A stretch of DNA of 64,000 nucleotides. Origin: Camelus ferus (lineage: Eukaryota). A program made the position numbers and the translations under genes. The stretch lies in contig NC_045697.1 of assembly GCF_009834535.1 (NCBI RefSeq), positions 111,106,001 through 111,170,000 of the forward strand. Reading direction: 5' to 3'. Positions 1-12,653 of this stretch are shown one piece after another. Under the pieces are notes generated by a model. That model made no database searches and was not told the DNA's origin. It saw only the letters and a list, made by a program, of their open reading frames with translations. Within the stretch, counting starts at the first letter, position 1, and each line of letters begins with the position of its first letter.

Positions 1-3000
1 CTGGACAGAAAATCAGTAAGGAAACAACGGCCTTAAATAACACATTAGACCAGATGGTCTTACTAGGTATATATAGACCATTTCATCCAAAACCAGCAGA
101 ATACAGATTCTTTGAAGTGCACAGGGAACATTCTCCAGAATAGATCATATGCTATTTCTTAGAATAAATATAAGCAAATTGAAATCTTATCAAGCATCTT
201 TTCTGATCACAAGATACGAGACAAGAAATCAACTATAAGAAAAAACTAAAAACACAAACACATGAAGACTAAACATCTGCTACTAAACAACAAATGGGTC
301 ACTGAAGAGATCAAAAAGAAAATCAAAAAAATACCTGGAGATAAAAGAAAATGGCAACATCATGATCCAAAATCTACAGGATATGGAAAAAGCATTTCTA
401 AGTGGGAAGTGTATAGTGATATAAGCTTACCTCGAGATATAAGAAAAATCTTGCATAAACAAATTAACCTCATACCTAACGGAACTAAAAAAAGAACAAC
501 AAACAAAACCCAGTTAGTAGACTGAAAATAATAACAAAAAACAGAGCATAAATAAGTGAAATAGTGACCTAAAAAGCAATAGAAAAGATCAATTAAACTA
601 AGAGCTGGTTCTTTGCAATGAATAACAAAATTGAGACGTTACAACCAACACCATAAAATTACCAAGAATCATAAGAGATTACTTACAATTATAGGTCAAT
701 AAATGGACAAGCAAGAGGAATGTATAAATTCCTGAAAGTTTACAGTGTCCCAACAGTGAATCACAAAGAAGCAGAGAATATGAACAGACTGATTACCATA
801 ATGAAATTGAGCTAGTAAAAAAAAAAAAGTTCCAGAAACAAAAGTGCAGAACTAGATGGCTTCAGAAGTGAACTCTACCAAACCATTTAAAGAAGAGTTA
901 ACACCTATCCTTCTAAAATTATTCTAAAAAATTGAAGAGAAAGGAACATTTCTGAACTCATTCTACAAGGACTAATATAAAAACCAGACAGAAACACCAC
1001 AAAAAAGAAAATTATAATCCAGTATCACTGATTAACATAGATGTAAAAATCCTCAATGAAATATTAGCAAACTGAATCCAACAATATACAAAAAGAATCA
1101 TACACTATGATCAAGTGAGTTTTATACTACAGGAATGCAAAGATGGTTCAATATTCACAAATCAATCAATATGATATACCACATTAACAAAATGAGAAAA
1201 ATCATGTAATCATTTCAATAGATGCAGAAAAGGTATTTGACAAAATCCATCATCTATTCGTGATAAAAACTCTCAACAAAGTGGATACAGAGGGAATATA
1301 CCTCAACATTAAAAAGCATTATGACATTAAAACATTAAAAACATTAAACACTAAAAAACATTCTGACAAATCTACAGCTAATACCATGCTCAATGGTGAA
1401 AATCTGAAAGATTTTTCTCAATTCAGGAGCAAGACAAGGATGCCCACATTCACCACTTTTATTCAACTTAGAATTGGAAATCTTAATCACAGCAATCATA
1501 CAAGAAAAGGAAATAAAAGGAACCCAGATTGGAAAGGAATAGGTAAAACTGTCACTATTTGTAGATGACATCATATTATATAAAGTCCTAAAGACATCAT
1601 CAAAAAAACTATTAGAACTAATAAATGAATTCAGTAATGTTACAGGATGCAAAATTAACATACAGGAATCTGTTGTTTCCCTACACTTACAACAAATTAT
1701 CAAAAAGAGAAATTAAGAAAGCAGTCCAATTTTTAATCCCATTTACAGATTCAATGCAATCTCTATCAAAATACCAATGGCATTTTCCCCAGAAATAGAA
1801 TTATTCTAAATTCTATATAAAAACACAAAACACCCCAAATAGCCAAAGCAACCTTGAGAAAGAAGAATAAAGCTGGAGATATCATGCTCCCTGATTTCAA
1901 ACTGTACTACAGTACAGTACTGGCACAAACACAGAAAAATAGAAGAGTGGAACAGAAAAGAGAGCCCAGAAATAAGCCCTGACTCGTATGGCCAATTAAT
2001 CTACAACAAAGGGGCCCTGGATACACTATGGGGAAAAGATAACCTCTTCAATAAATGGTGTTGGGAAAACTGGACAGCTCCATATAGAAGAATAAAACTT
2101 GACTACTTTCAGATACCATGAACAAAAATAAACTCAAAATAAATTAAAGACTTAAATGTAAGACTTGAAACCATAAAACTCCTAGAGGAAAACGTAGGCA
2201 GTGAACTCTATGACTTCTATCTTAGCAATAGTTTCTTAGATCTTCTTCACAGTCAAGGAAAACAAAAGCAAAAATAAACAAATGGGACTATATAAAACTA
2301 AAAAGCTTTTGCCTGGTGAAGGAAACTATCCACAACAAAAAAAGGCAGCCTACTGAAAGGGAAAAGATATTTGCAAACCATATAATCAATAAAGAGTTAA
2401 TATCCTAAATATATAAAGACCTCATACAATTTGGCATTAAAAAAAACCTCAAACAACCTGATTAAATAACAGGGAGAGGACCAGGAACAGACATTTTTCT
2501 AAAAAAGACATACAGATGGCCAACAGACACCTGAAAAGATGTTCAACATCCCTAATTATCAGGGAAATGCAAATCAATACCACAATGAGATATCATTGTC
2601 AGAATGGCCATTATCAAAAAGACAATAAATAACAATTGTTGGGAGGATTAAAGAAAAGGGAATCCTTATGCACTATTGGTGGGATTCTAAATTGGTACAG
2701 CCAATATGGAAAACAATATTGAGATTCTTCAAAAAATTAAAAATAGAACTAGCATATAATCCACCAATTCTACTTCTGGATATTTTTTCAAAGAAAATAA
2801 AAGCACTAATTTAAAAGATATATGAACCCATATGTTCACTGCAGCACTATTTACAATAGCCAAGATATGGAAGGAACCTAAGTGTCTATTAATAGATGGA
2901 TGAATAAAGAAAATGTGGTATATATGCATACAACAGAATATTACTCAGCCATAAAAAATGAAACATTGCCATTTGTCACAATGTGGATGACCTTGAGAGT

Positions 3001-3409
3001 ACTTTGCTTAAGTGAAATGAGTCAGACAGAAAAAGACAAATGCCATATGATTTCACTTATATGTGGAATCTAGAAAACAAACAAATAAATAAACACAACA
3101 AAATAGAGACAGAGTCATACATACAGAGAACAAACTGGTGGTTGCCAGAGAGGGAGGTCTGGGGGATCAATGAAATAGGTGAGATAAGTTAAGAGGCACA
3201 AACATCTGGTTATAAAATAACAGAATCACAGGCATGTAATGTACAGCCTGGCAAATATAAACCAAAATATCTTAATAACTTTGTATGGTGACAGATGGTA
3301 ACTAGACTCATTTTGGTGATCATTTTGTAATGTATAAAAACGTAGAGTCACTATCTTGTACAACTGAACTATTATAATATTGTAAGTTAATTACGCTTCA
3401 ATAAAAAAA
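1..3409 (+). mobile_element. LINE-1, ORF2 (end of endonuclease, RT, C-terminal domain) plus 3'UTR and poly(A); degenerate, starts upstream of the window
   Basis: ORF fragments 262-525 (LLNNKWVTEEIKKKIKK), 1260-1568 (MIKTLNK..EGIYLNIKK) and 2882-3073 (EYYSAIKNE..HMISLICGI) are L1 ORF2 motifs; many frameshifts; L1 3'UTR ends in AATAAA at 3400-3405 plus an A-run. Confidence 0.97.
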
Positions 3410-3494
3410 GAAACATTTCAAACAGTGGAGGTGATTTCATTTATGGTATGTAAATGAACCATTCAGCAAATAAATAATTAAAAACAAACAAACA

Positions 3495-3611
3495 GTAAAA
3501 AAGAATATGAAAATGAATATATGTATGTTCATGTATGACTGAAGCATTGTGCTGTACACCAGAAACTGACACAACATTGTAAACTGACTGTACTTCAGTA
3601 AAAATATATAT
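3495..3611 (+). mobile_element. Young, lineage-specific (camelid-type) L1 3'-terminal fragment
   Basis: Same 3' end as copies at 11417-11653, 55338-55593, 56492-57037; flanked by aaaacaaacaaaca (3481-3494) and aaaacaaataaaca (3612-3625), a probable TSD. Confidence 0.85.
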
Positions 3612-3630
3612 AAAACAAATAAACAAAAAA

Positions 3631-4971
3631 GATTGAAAGGAGAGGCTGACTCTCTTGTTAGAGGTTAGTGTACCTGGCATCTTAAAGTCAAAGCCAATGC
3701 TCATTTACCATTCTGAAAATGCTCGGGCCCTTAAAAATTATGCCACATCTATTCAGCTTGTGCCCTATAAATGGAACAACAAAGCTTGGATGATGGCACA
3801 TGTATTTACAACATGATTTACTGAAAATTTTAAGTAGTTTTTTGGGATCTACTGATTGGGAAAAATAGATTCCTCACAAAATATTACTGTCATTGACAAT
3901 GCCCCCTGGTCATCCAACAGTTCTGATAAAGATGTACAATGAAGTTAATGTTGTTTTTATGCCTCTAACACAGCATCCATTCTTCATCCCATGGGTCTAG
4001 GAGTAATTTCCACTTTCAAGTCACTATTTAAGAGATACACTTCATATGGCTATAGCTGCCTTAGGCGGTAATCCCTCTGATGGATCTGAGCAAAGTAAAT
4101 TAAAAACCTTCTGGAAAGGATTCCCATTCTAGATGCCAGTAAGAACATTTGTAATTCATGGGAAGAGGTCAAAATACAATAGCAGGAGTTAGGAAGAAGT
4201 TTTTCTAACCCACATGGATGACTTTGAGGGGTTCAAGACTTCAATGGAGGAAGTAACTGCACATGTGGTGGAAATGGCAGGGGAACTAGAATTCAATGTG
4301 GAGTCTGATGACATAACTGAATTGCTGCAACCTCATATTGAAATTTTAACAGATGACGAGTTTCTTCTTATGGATGAGCAAAGAAAGTGGTTTCTTGAGG
4401 TGGAAACCACTTCCAGTGAAGATGCTGTGAAGATTGGTGAAATGACAACAAAGGATTTAGGAGGTTATGTTAACTTAGTTGATAAACAGCAGCAAGGTTT
4501 GAGAGGATTGGTTCCAATTTTGAAAGAAGTTCTACTGTGGGTACAATGCTATTGAACAGCATTGCATGTTACAGAGAAATTGTTCCCCCAAGGAAGAGTC
4601 AATCAATGTGGCAAACTTTGTGGTTGTCTTATTTTAAGAAATTGCCACAGCCACCCCAACCTTCAACAACCACCACCCTTATTAGTCAGCAGCCACCAAC
4701 GTTGAGGCAAGATCCTCTACCAGAAAAAAGATTATGACTCTCTGAAGTTCAGAAGATCTTAGCATTTTTTAGCAGTAAAGTATTTTTAATTAAGATGTGT
4801 ACATTGTTTTTTAGACATAATGCTATTGCACACTTAATAGACCACAGTATAGTGCAAGCATAACTTTTATACACACTGGGAAACCAAGAACTTGTGTAAT
4901 TCACTTTATTGCAATATTTGCTTTATTGTGGTGGTATGAACTGAACCCACAGTATCTCTAAGGTATGCCTG
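3631..4971 (+). mobile_element. Tigger1 (TcMar-Tigger DNA transposon), 3' half with decayed transposase
   Basis: ORF 4214-4555 ([26 protein letters not shown]...[12 protein letters not shown]) matches the Tigger1 transposase C-terminus; terminal sequence ...atctctaaggtatgcctg ends at 4971, followed by TA. Confidence 0.95.
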
Positions 4972-4973
4972 TA

Positions 4974-7900
4974 ACTTATGGGTTAAAAGGAGACCATAAT
5001 AGGGACTTTAATTTACTTAGAAATGAACAATTATACAAATTATTAAATATCAAACCCTGTGAATTTCTGTGAAATACTTTGAATTATAACTGTTTATAGC
5101 TATAAATGTTATATTCAAAGAAAAACAAAACTTAATGAGCTAGTTGTTTAAAATATAAAAACAGAAGAACAATAGAATAAATCAAAGAACGCAGAAAGTA
5201 GCAGATACTTTTCTAAATGGTGAAAGTAAGTGATTGAAAGAGAATCAGCCAAGCCAAAGACAAACCTCTAGTGAGATTGTTCAAGAAAAAGGAGGGAAAA
5301 AAAACCCAACCAACCACAGGAATTAAAAAGACAACAGAACTACAGTTACAGCAAAGAGTAAAAGAGCATAAGGAAATAACAAGAACAAGTTTATATTATT
5401 GAAAGTATATGTAAAATGAGCAAATTTTGAGAAAATAGCACTTATAAAACTGTTTCAAAAAAGAAGAAATAGTCTAAATATATACTAGTCATTGAATCAG
5501 TAGTTAAAATATTCATATAATAAACATGAACCATAGTAGTTTCACAAATTGGACAAAACATTCAAAGTACCAAATATTTTGGCTTTTATATACATTTTTC
5601 AAGATAGTTAAAGAGGAAGGAATACTTCCAATCCTCTCATGAAGTCAGAACAACCATGACACCAAAATCAGACAGGGATTATATGAGTAAGAAAAATGAT
5701 ATGCCTGTTTCAGGCAAGAATAAAAATGCAGTAGGCCCCAAATTAATACTGAAATGGATACAAAACCTAATTCACAAATGACCAAGGTGTATTTATCCCA
5801 GTAATCCAAGAATAGTTTAACATTTAAAAATCTATAAATGTCATTCACCACATCAAATATTAAATACATACAAAACAAAAATTTGATAAAACTCAATACT
5901 TCAAGTGATAAAAATGCTTAACAAACTACGAATAAAAGAGAACTCCTTTAATTTGATAAGAGGTTTCCACCAAAAGGCTAGAGGAAACATCATAGCTAAT
6001 GATGAAGCATCAGGAGAATTCCCTTCCAAATAATGAACAAGTTAAGGACATACAATCTTCCTACACCATTAAACATGGTACTGAAAGTCTTTGCTAGCAT
6101 AGTAATACAAGAAGAAATAAAAGTTATACACATGTAAAAGGAGGAAGCAAAATTGTTTTCCTCAAATTACATAACTGTTTGCAAATAAAACAAAACTTCC
6201 CCACAAATGTACAAACTATTAAAAACACAAATTTAGCTGAGCTGGCTGGAGATATGATCAATAATACCCATTGTATTTCTTCATAGCAGCACCAAAAACT
6301 AAGAAAATCAGATTTTAAGACTGTTACCATTTACAGTAGGAATAAAATATGTTGTATACCTAAGAATAACTCTAAAAGTTGCTGAAAATATTTTATCAAG
6401 GAAATTAATTTAATACCTTTTGGAAAGGTATTAAAGTAGACATAAACAAATGCAGACATAAAGAGTTTTTTGCTAAGGAAACACAGTATCGCAGTTTTAA
6501 TTATGACTCAAATTTGTCTATGGACTTAATATAAGTTCTTCAAAATCCCTAGAGATTTTTGTGGACTTTTGCAAGATAATTGTAAAATTTATGCGGAAGA
6601 ACAAATAACCAAGAAAACAGACACTCTTGTAGCAGAAAAATAAGGTGGACCTGCCTTATAATTATTCAGATTTACTCTTAAGCTACACTAATTTTAAAAA
6701 TATAGAGTAGCACAGGAATAGATAAATTGACCAGTGAAATAAAAAATAACCCAGAATCATACCCATGATTATTTGGACATTTACTATATGACACAGGAAG
6801 TATTTTTAATAACTGTGGAAAGATATTCAATAAACAGTGCTGGAACAGTTGGGTATCCATGTGAAAAAAATGAAATTGGAGCCCAATCTCACAACACAGA
6901 TGAAAATAATTATCAGATAGATTAAGGATTTAACTGTGAAAGACAAACTTACAACCATTAGGGCAAAAACAAAAACAAAAACAAAAACAAAAAAAACAAA
7001 AACAGGAAAACATCACTGTGAGAAAATCAAATTTCCCAGAATAGTGAAGAATTTCTTCAAGAGGCCAGGAAAAGTACTTTGACAAAAGTAAAGACTGATA
7101 ACTTACGTTACATTAAAAATTAAGACTTAATACGCATCAGAAGACACCATAAATAAAGTGAAAAACAAGTCACATTCTAGAAGGATGTATTTGTAACACA
7201 CCACCAATAAACAGTTAGTTTGCAAAATATATAAGGAAGTCCTACAAATCAGTTAAAGACAAATAAAGCAATAAGGCATTTCTCAGAAGAGGACACAGAA
7301 TGTGAATAGGTACATGAAAAGTTATCAGTCTCATTAATGATCAGGAAAATGTAAATTAAGAGCATTGTGACATTATTTTATTCCTTCAATTGGGAAAAAT
7401 TAAGCTTGATAATACCAAGCATTGGTGACGATGTGGATGCAACAGACTCAGAAAAAAATAATTAACATTTCCTGCTAAAATGGAAGATAGTCATACACTA
7501 CAATCAGCACTTCTCCTAGGTACTTACTTTAGAGAAAGGCTTATCCATATGCAGTAGAAATAACAGAATGTTCATATAATCAGTTCACAGTATCAGAAAA
7601 TTGAGAGATCCCAAATGCTCATCAGCAAACGAAAGGATAAATAAATATATTATGGTATATGCATATAACAAAACACTGTTAATCAGTTGCACATAACAAA
7701 GATGAACCCTAAAGATATAATGTTGAGTGAAAACTGCAAATCCCAGGAGACTGTGTGATAATATTCTTAAAGAGTTGAAGAATAAACAATGTGGTGTGTA
7801 GGGCTGTATAGGTACATAATAAAACTTGAAGATGGGGAGGATGCTAATGTAAAATTCAAAATAGTGGTTGTGCCTAGAAAGTGAGGCAGGAGGAGGGGGT

Positions 7901-8000
7901 AGGAAAAAAGCACAGGGTGTTGGGCACATGGTCATTCACTTTATTAGTTATGCCTTATAAATTAAATCTCTGGCACATATATTCTTTGGACATACCAAAT
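4974..8000 (+). mobile_element. Ancient, highly decayed LINE-1 (L1ME/L1MD-like), ORF2 to 3'UTR
   Basis: A-rich sequence with residual L1 ORF2 phrases (ttcaataaacagtgctggaacagttgggtatccat; ataccaagcattggtgacgatgtggat) and an L1ME-like 3'UTR at about 7690-7930; right boundary approximate. Confidence 0.85.
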
Positions 8001-9672
8001 ACTGCATAAAAAGATGGATAAGGAAAAAGAAACAAATTAAAAGACGGTGGTGGTAAGGGCTGCTTAAACGCATCAAAAAGCAGAATTTAAAACTGAGAAA
8101 AAATAATTTAGAGTCCTTTTCTCTTTTTTGGGTTTTCATGAATATTTTTTATGGAGTGATGGGGAAAACAAATCAAGATGTCATTATTTATTCACATTAT
8201 AACCTAGATTTCTAAAGATAAGTATTTTAAACTTAACTTGCATGTAAACTGTACTTACTGCATATTCTTATGAACATTTTCTTTATTTTGTATATACATT
8301 AGAAGTGGAAGTCTTTTTAAAATTTTATGAATAAAGTGCAAGTAAGCATCATGAGTACCTACAAACAAAAAATAATACAAACGTGTACACACACAAAGTA
8401 AGAGCAATTGTAAAATATATGTACAAAATATTCTAGGGAACTTACATCTTGTAAAATAATATGATAAAAATCATTTTAAAGTTTTAAAGGTAATTTTAAG
8501 TTTTCAAGTAGAAAAGTTAAAGATATGAAATTTAAACTCTTAAGTCATTTGGTCCAAGAGGCAGTTCTACAGCTGCTGAATCAGTAAATTATAGTAACGA
8601 CTTATATGGCGTTCAGGAGGCTTGCCAGGTGACAGCTCGCCATCAGAAAACTGTCTGGGTTTCTAGAGTCTGGCAGTTGGCTTGTTCTCTCTGTAGATGG
8701 ACATATTTCTATCTTTCGCCTTTTCTCGTTCTTGCTTTTTTTATAGCTCACCTACCCTATTTATGGACACGAGTGCTCGCTGAAGATCTTGAGGCTTATA
8801 TGTGGGCAATTTGCAGGGGACCTTTTGCTTGTTTATTTACTTTGGGGGAAATAACAAAGAAAGTATCTGTTATCTGATCCCATACACATTGTGCCGGCTG
8901 TAAAAAAAACATTTGTTTTTGTTTTTGCTTTTTTATAACCTCCAGCCAACCCTGCCACCAGCCCAGTACCTCCTAAGGTGTCTGTTCACAGGGTCTGCCT
9001 GGAGCATGTGGCCACCAGAGAACACCTTAAAATGCTGCCCCAAGAAATATCACAAGCAATAATTTCTTATGGATTTTCAAGAATATTCTGCCTATAAAAT
9101 CCTGTGATAAAATATAATACTGGAGACAACACAATCTAAGTTACCAGCCAACATATTTCCCAGGCAATTTAATAACAGCTTGGGCTCCAGAGAGACCAAG
9201 AGGGATGGGACCAAACAGATGGGCTAGACAGAGGTCAAGTTGTAGCTTATGCTGTAACTTTGTGAAAGCTCTCAACGTTATTCCAAGGTAAGTTATTTCA
9301 TTTCATCATAACTGGGAAACAAAAAAGGAGTGTATTCAACAACTCTTTGGGGAAGTCAGATTTGCAGATTAGGATCAAAATCACAAAGTTTCTAAAAGAA
9401 AAATATTCCAAGCATTTCAGAGGATACTCTTGGGTCTCTCAGAGGGGATAGTATTAGAATCAGAAACTTTAATATAGTACCCTTTTGAGAGCTCCCCAGA
9501 TCAATCAATTGGTTCTAACTGCATCTAGAGATGAGAAAAATCCGGTACTGGCTCAGTTGCCTTCAGAAAAGAAAGATAGTGAAAACTTTTAAAGGCACAT
9601 TTATTTAAACTGTTATCTTTCTCGTAATTATGATGACAGAAGACTTAAGTTGAAAACTGAAAGGATAATGGC

Positions 9673-9958
9673 ATTTTTATTTCAGTTTTATTGAGAAATA
9701 ACTGACATTCATCACTGGACAAGTCTAAGGCGTACAGCGTGATGGTTTGATTTACATATATTGTGAAATGATCACCACACTAGGTTGAGTCAACATCCAT
9801 CATCTCATGTAGATACAATAAAAAGAAAAGAAAAAAGATTTTTCCTTGTGATGACAACCTTAGGATCTACTCTCTTAACAACTTTCCTATATTTTCATTG
9901 CAGCAGTATTAATTATAGCCATCATATTGTACATTGCATCCTAAGGGCACTTATTTTT
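9673..9958 (-). mobile_element. LINE-1 3'UTR fragment
   Basis: T-rich start ttttattgagaaataactgaca...gtacagcgtgatggtttgatttacatatattgtgaaatgatcacc...ttaggatctactctcttaacaactttc is the reverse complement of a mammalian L1 3' end. Confidence 0.85.
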
Positions 9959-11134
9959 AAAATATACACAAATACTATTATTTTTATTTGCATTTTCTTA
10001 ATGGATTACTAAATACATTCTTAATTATATTAGATGACCATGGTTAGACTGCATTTTTTTCTTTTTTATATTTATATCCAGGTAAATAAAATTGTACTTT
10101 GAAAAACCCATTCAGCTGCTTTTAAAAAAAGTTTCTAGCTATAGTTTCAACTGGTGGGCAGAGGGAGAACTGAAAAACAATATATCCTAAGGAGTGTAGG
10201 GAAAATGTTCCCTCTGTGGATTTTGCTCTAATTTTAATGAGGCGATCATGAATCAGAATGCTGGGAACTTGAAGTAACAAACCAAGGTTAAGAAGTTTCT
10301 GAGCGGTCACATCAACCTTATGACATTGGAAACTATGATTTTCCAGCAGGAGATCTTAAAATACAGGACACAAACATGAATCAGAGGGGTAATGGATATA
10401 TTCTGACAAACAGCAAGTCCTCTCAAGGAGAAAAAGATGGGTTAGTAGTAAGAGGAAATATAATGACCATTCATTCAGGCGGTTATTTAACAAATACTCA
10501 TGAACACAGGCTGTGTGTGGAGCAGGAGATACATAAATGCCCAAAGCAAGGCATTCAACTTCCAATTTAATGTGTGGACAGAATGGATGATGGGCTGGCA
10601 TCATGAACTAACAGGTTGTGGGGTGAATCTGGAAGCCTGGGTCTGTGAGTCGAGGCACCTCTGCCATCGCGAGCTGTAACTGGCCTTGCAACGCACGTTA
10701 CAGAGACAGAGGGTTTTTCTTTTCCTTTGAGTTTGAAGTGAAAATTATCAAAACCATATGCTGTGAATTTCACAAAGGATAATATTACTTGACCAGAAAA
10801 TAGAAGCTGGTCCTCCTAACCAAAACGCAGTGAGGCGTCCAGCCCAAGTCCATCCTTTGATGAGGGAACTGGGAATGGGGAATGGAGAAGTGGATGGTGA
10901 GCAGTATCCTGGAATGGAGTAGTATCCTGGCTCCGAAGATTCAAAAGCATAACTAGATCCAGTCAAGTTTCTCTGGCTCCACCCTTACTTTTGACCCCAG
11001 GCCAGTGAGGTAGAGGAAGCCGTCTGTGAGGGCCGGTCCTCCTAGGACCTTCAGCGACACATGTCTCTACCCATCCACTCTTGCCCTTCACTGAAACTTC
11101 TACCTCAGTTGACAATACAATTTATCATTTTAAA

Positions 11135-11272
11135 AAACTCATTTATTCATCTACTAAACAAATATTTATGAAGCACTTAACTCTATTTCAGGAACTGTGC
11201 TGAGCATTAAATATGTAATGGTGAACAAAACAGTCACAGGCCTGCCTTCATGAAAATTACGGTCCAGTGTTG
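11135..11272 (-). mobile_element. L2 3' end fragment
   Basis: catttattcatctactaaacaaatatttatgaagcac...actgtgctgagcatt...gtgaacaaaacag, the typical reverse-strand L2 terminus. Confidence 0.75.
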
Positions 11273-11416
11273 AATGTAGTTTGTTGAGGATTTGTTTAAT
11301 TCTCTTGTGCTTCTTGTTTTTTGGAGGCTATAAAAGCAACATGACACTGTCTCTGTTCTCTAGGAGTTAACAGTTTGCAGAGACAGACACATCAAGTTTA
11401 AAAATACAAGGCAGTA

Positions 11417-11653
11417 AACTGGGAATTCAAGATTTGCAAATACTGACTGGTATACATAAAACAGATAAACAAGTTTATACTGTAGAGCATAGGGAAATGT
11501 ATTCAGTATCTTGTAGTAGCTTACAGTGAAAAAGAATATAAAAATGAATATTTGTATATCCATGTATGACTGAAGCATTTTGCTGTACACCAGAAATTGA
11601 CACAACATTGTAAACTTACCATACCACAATTTAAAATGTATATATATATATAT
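11417..11653 (+). mobile_element. Young camelid-type L1 3' fragment with tail decayed to (TA)n
   Basis: Matches the other young L1 ends; flanked by ggcagta at 11410-11416 and 11654-11660 (TSD remnant). Confidence 0.88.
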
Positions 11654-11997
11654 GGCAGTACATAATTAACAGCAAAATGCAGCACCACCAAGGGCTGGAA
11701 TATACAATTATGTAACAATTATTGCTTCCTTGGGGACAGACACTGCTTCCCAGCACGACACTCAGAGCATCGGCCAGGCAGGGTCTTATGTCAGACAGGT
11801 GGTGTCTTCCTCTGCCATCTGTCCCTGGAAGTGCATGTAACAGAGAGGCAGGGACCCTGAAACTTGCAAAAAGAAAGAAAAATCACACTAGTGTGGATAT
11901 TTTCAAGAAAACCAGAACTTTCTATTTAAAAGCCAAAAGTAGTTCAATTTGGCATTTGACCAGTGAGGAAGCTGAGTGACGACTTAGTTTAAAACAT

Positions 11998-12120
11998 GAT
12001 GTTAGCAATCTTGATTGTGGTGGTGCTTTCTTGGATGTATACATCTATCAAAGTTCATCAAATTGTACATCTGAAATATGTGTAGTTTACGGTACAGGAG
12101 CCATACCGCAATAAAGGTGT
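11998..12120 (+). mobile_element. Short L1-3'-tail element (L1MC-like tail variant), followed by an A-rich tail to about 12220
   Basis: atcttgattgtggtggtg...tgaaatatgtgtagtttacggtacaggagccataccgcaataaagg; near-identical to 12538-12653 (minus) and 53993-54134. Confidence 0.85.
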
Positions 12121-12537
12121 GTGTATAAACGAACAAACAAACAAACAAAACAAAACGAAACATCAATCAACCAATAATCAGCAAACAAACAAAAGGACAA
12201 AATAATAATAATATCAAAAACAGTTTGAAGACAACTATTCAACTGGTAGATTTTCTCCCCCATCTCACTCTTACTCAGGGGCTTAATCAAAACTAAAACA
12301 AAATGCAGGTCATCATTTCTTCAGGCCCCCACTGACTTTCCTTTATCCTCTTGTGTCTTCTTCTTTTATAACACCTGTTCTCCTTGGGTGGGACTTGCTC
12401 AGAGACCTCTTTCCAGGGGACAGCCCCTCCTTGTACCTGTCAAAATTGTTAATCTATCCTTGTGAGAACCAGCTCTGACTTTTTTATTCACATTTGATGA
12501 TTTTATTTTTGGCTTACTATTTTCTTTTTTTAAAAAA

Positions 12538-12653
12538 ACACCTTTATTATGATATGATTCCTGTATAGTAAACTACACATATTTCAGATGTATAATTTGA
12601 TGAATTTTGATAGATGTGTACTCCTATGAAACCATCACCATAATCAAGATAGC
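12538..12653 (-). mobile_element. Short L1-3'-tail element, inverted copy of 11998-12120
   Basis: Reverse complement reads gctatcttgattatggtgatgg...tgaaatatgtgtagtttactatacaggaatcatatcataataaaggtgt; T-rich tail at about 12480-12531. Confidence 0.85.

Noticed and set aside
4214..4737. Tigger transposase ORFs as a domesticated TIGD/CENPB-like gene
   Set aside because: Frameshifted fragments, element interrupted by L1, terminal repeat still attached; an ordinary fossil
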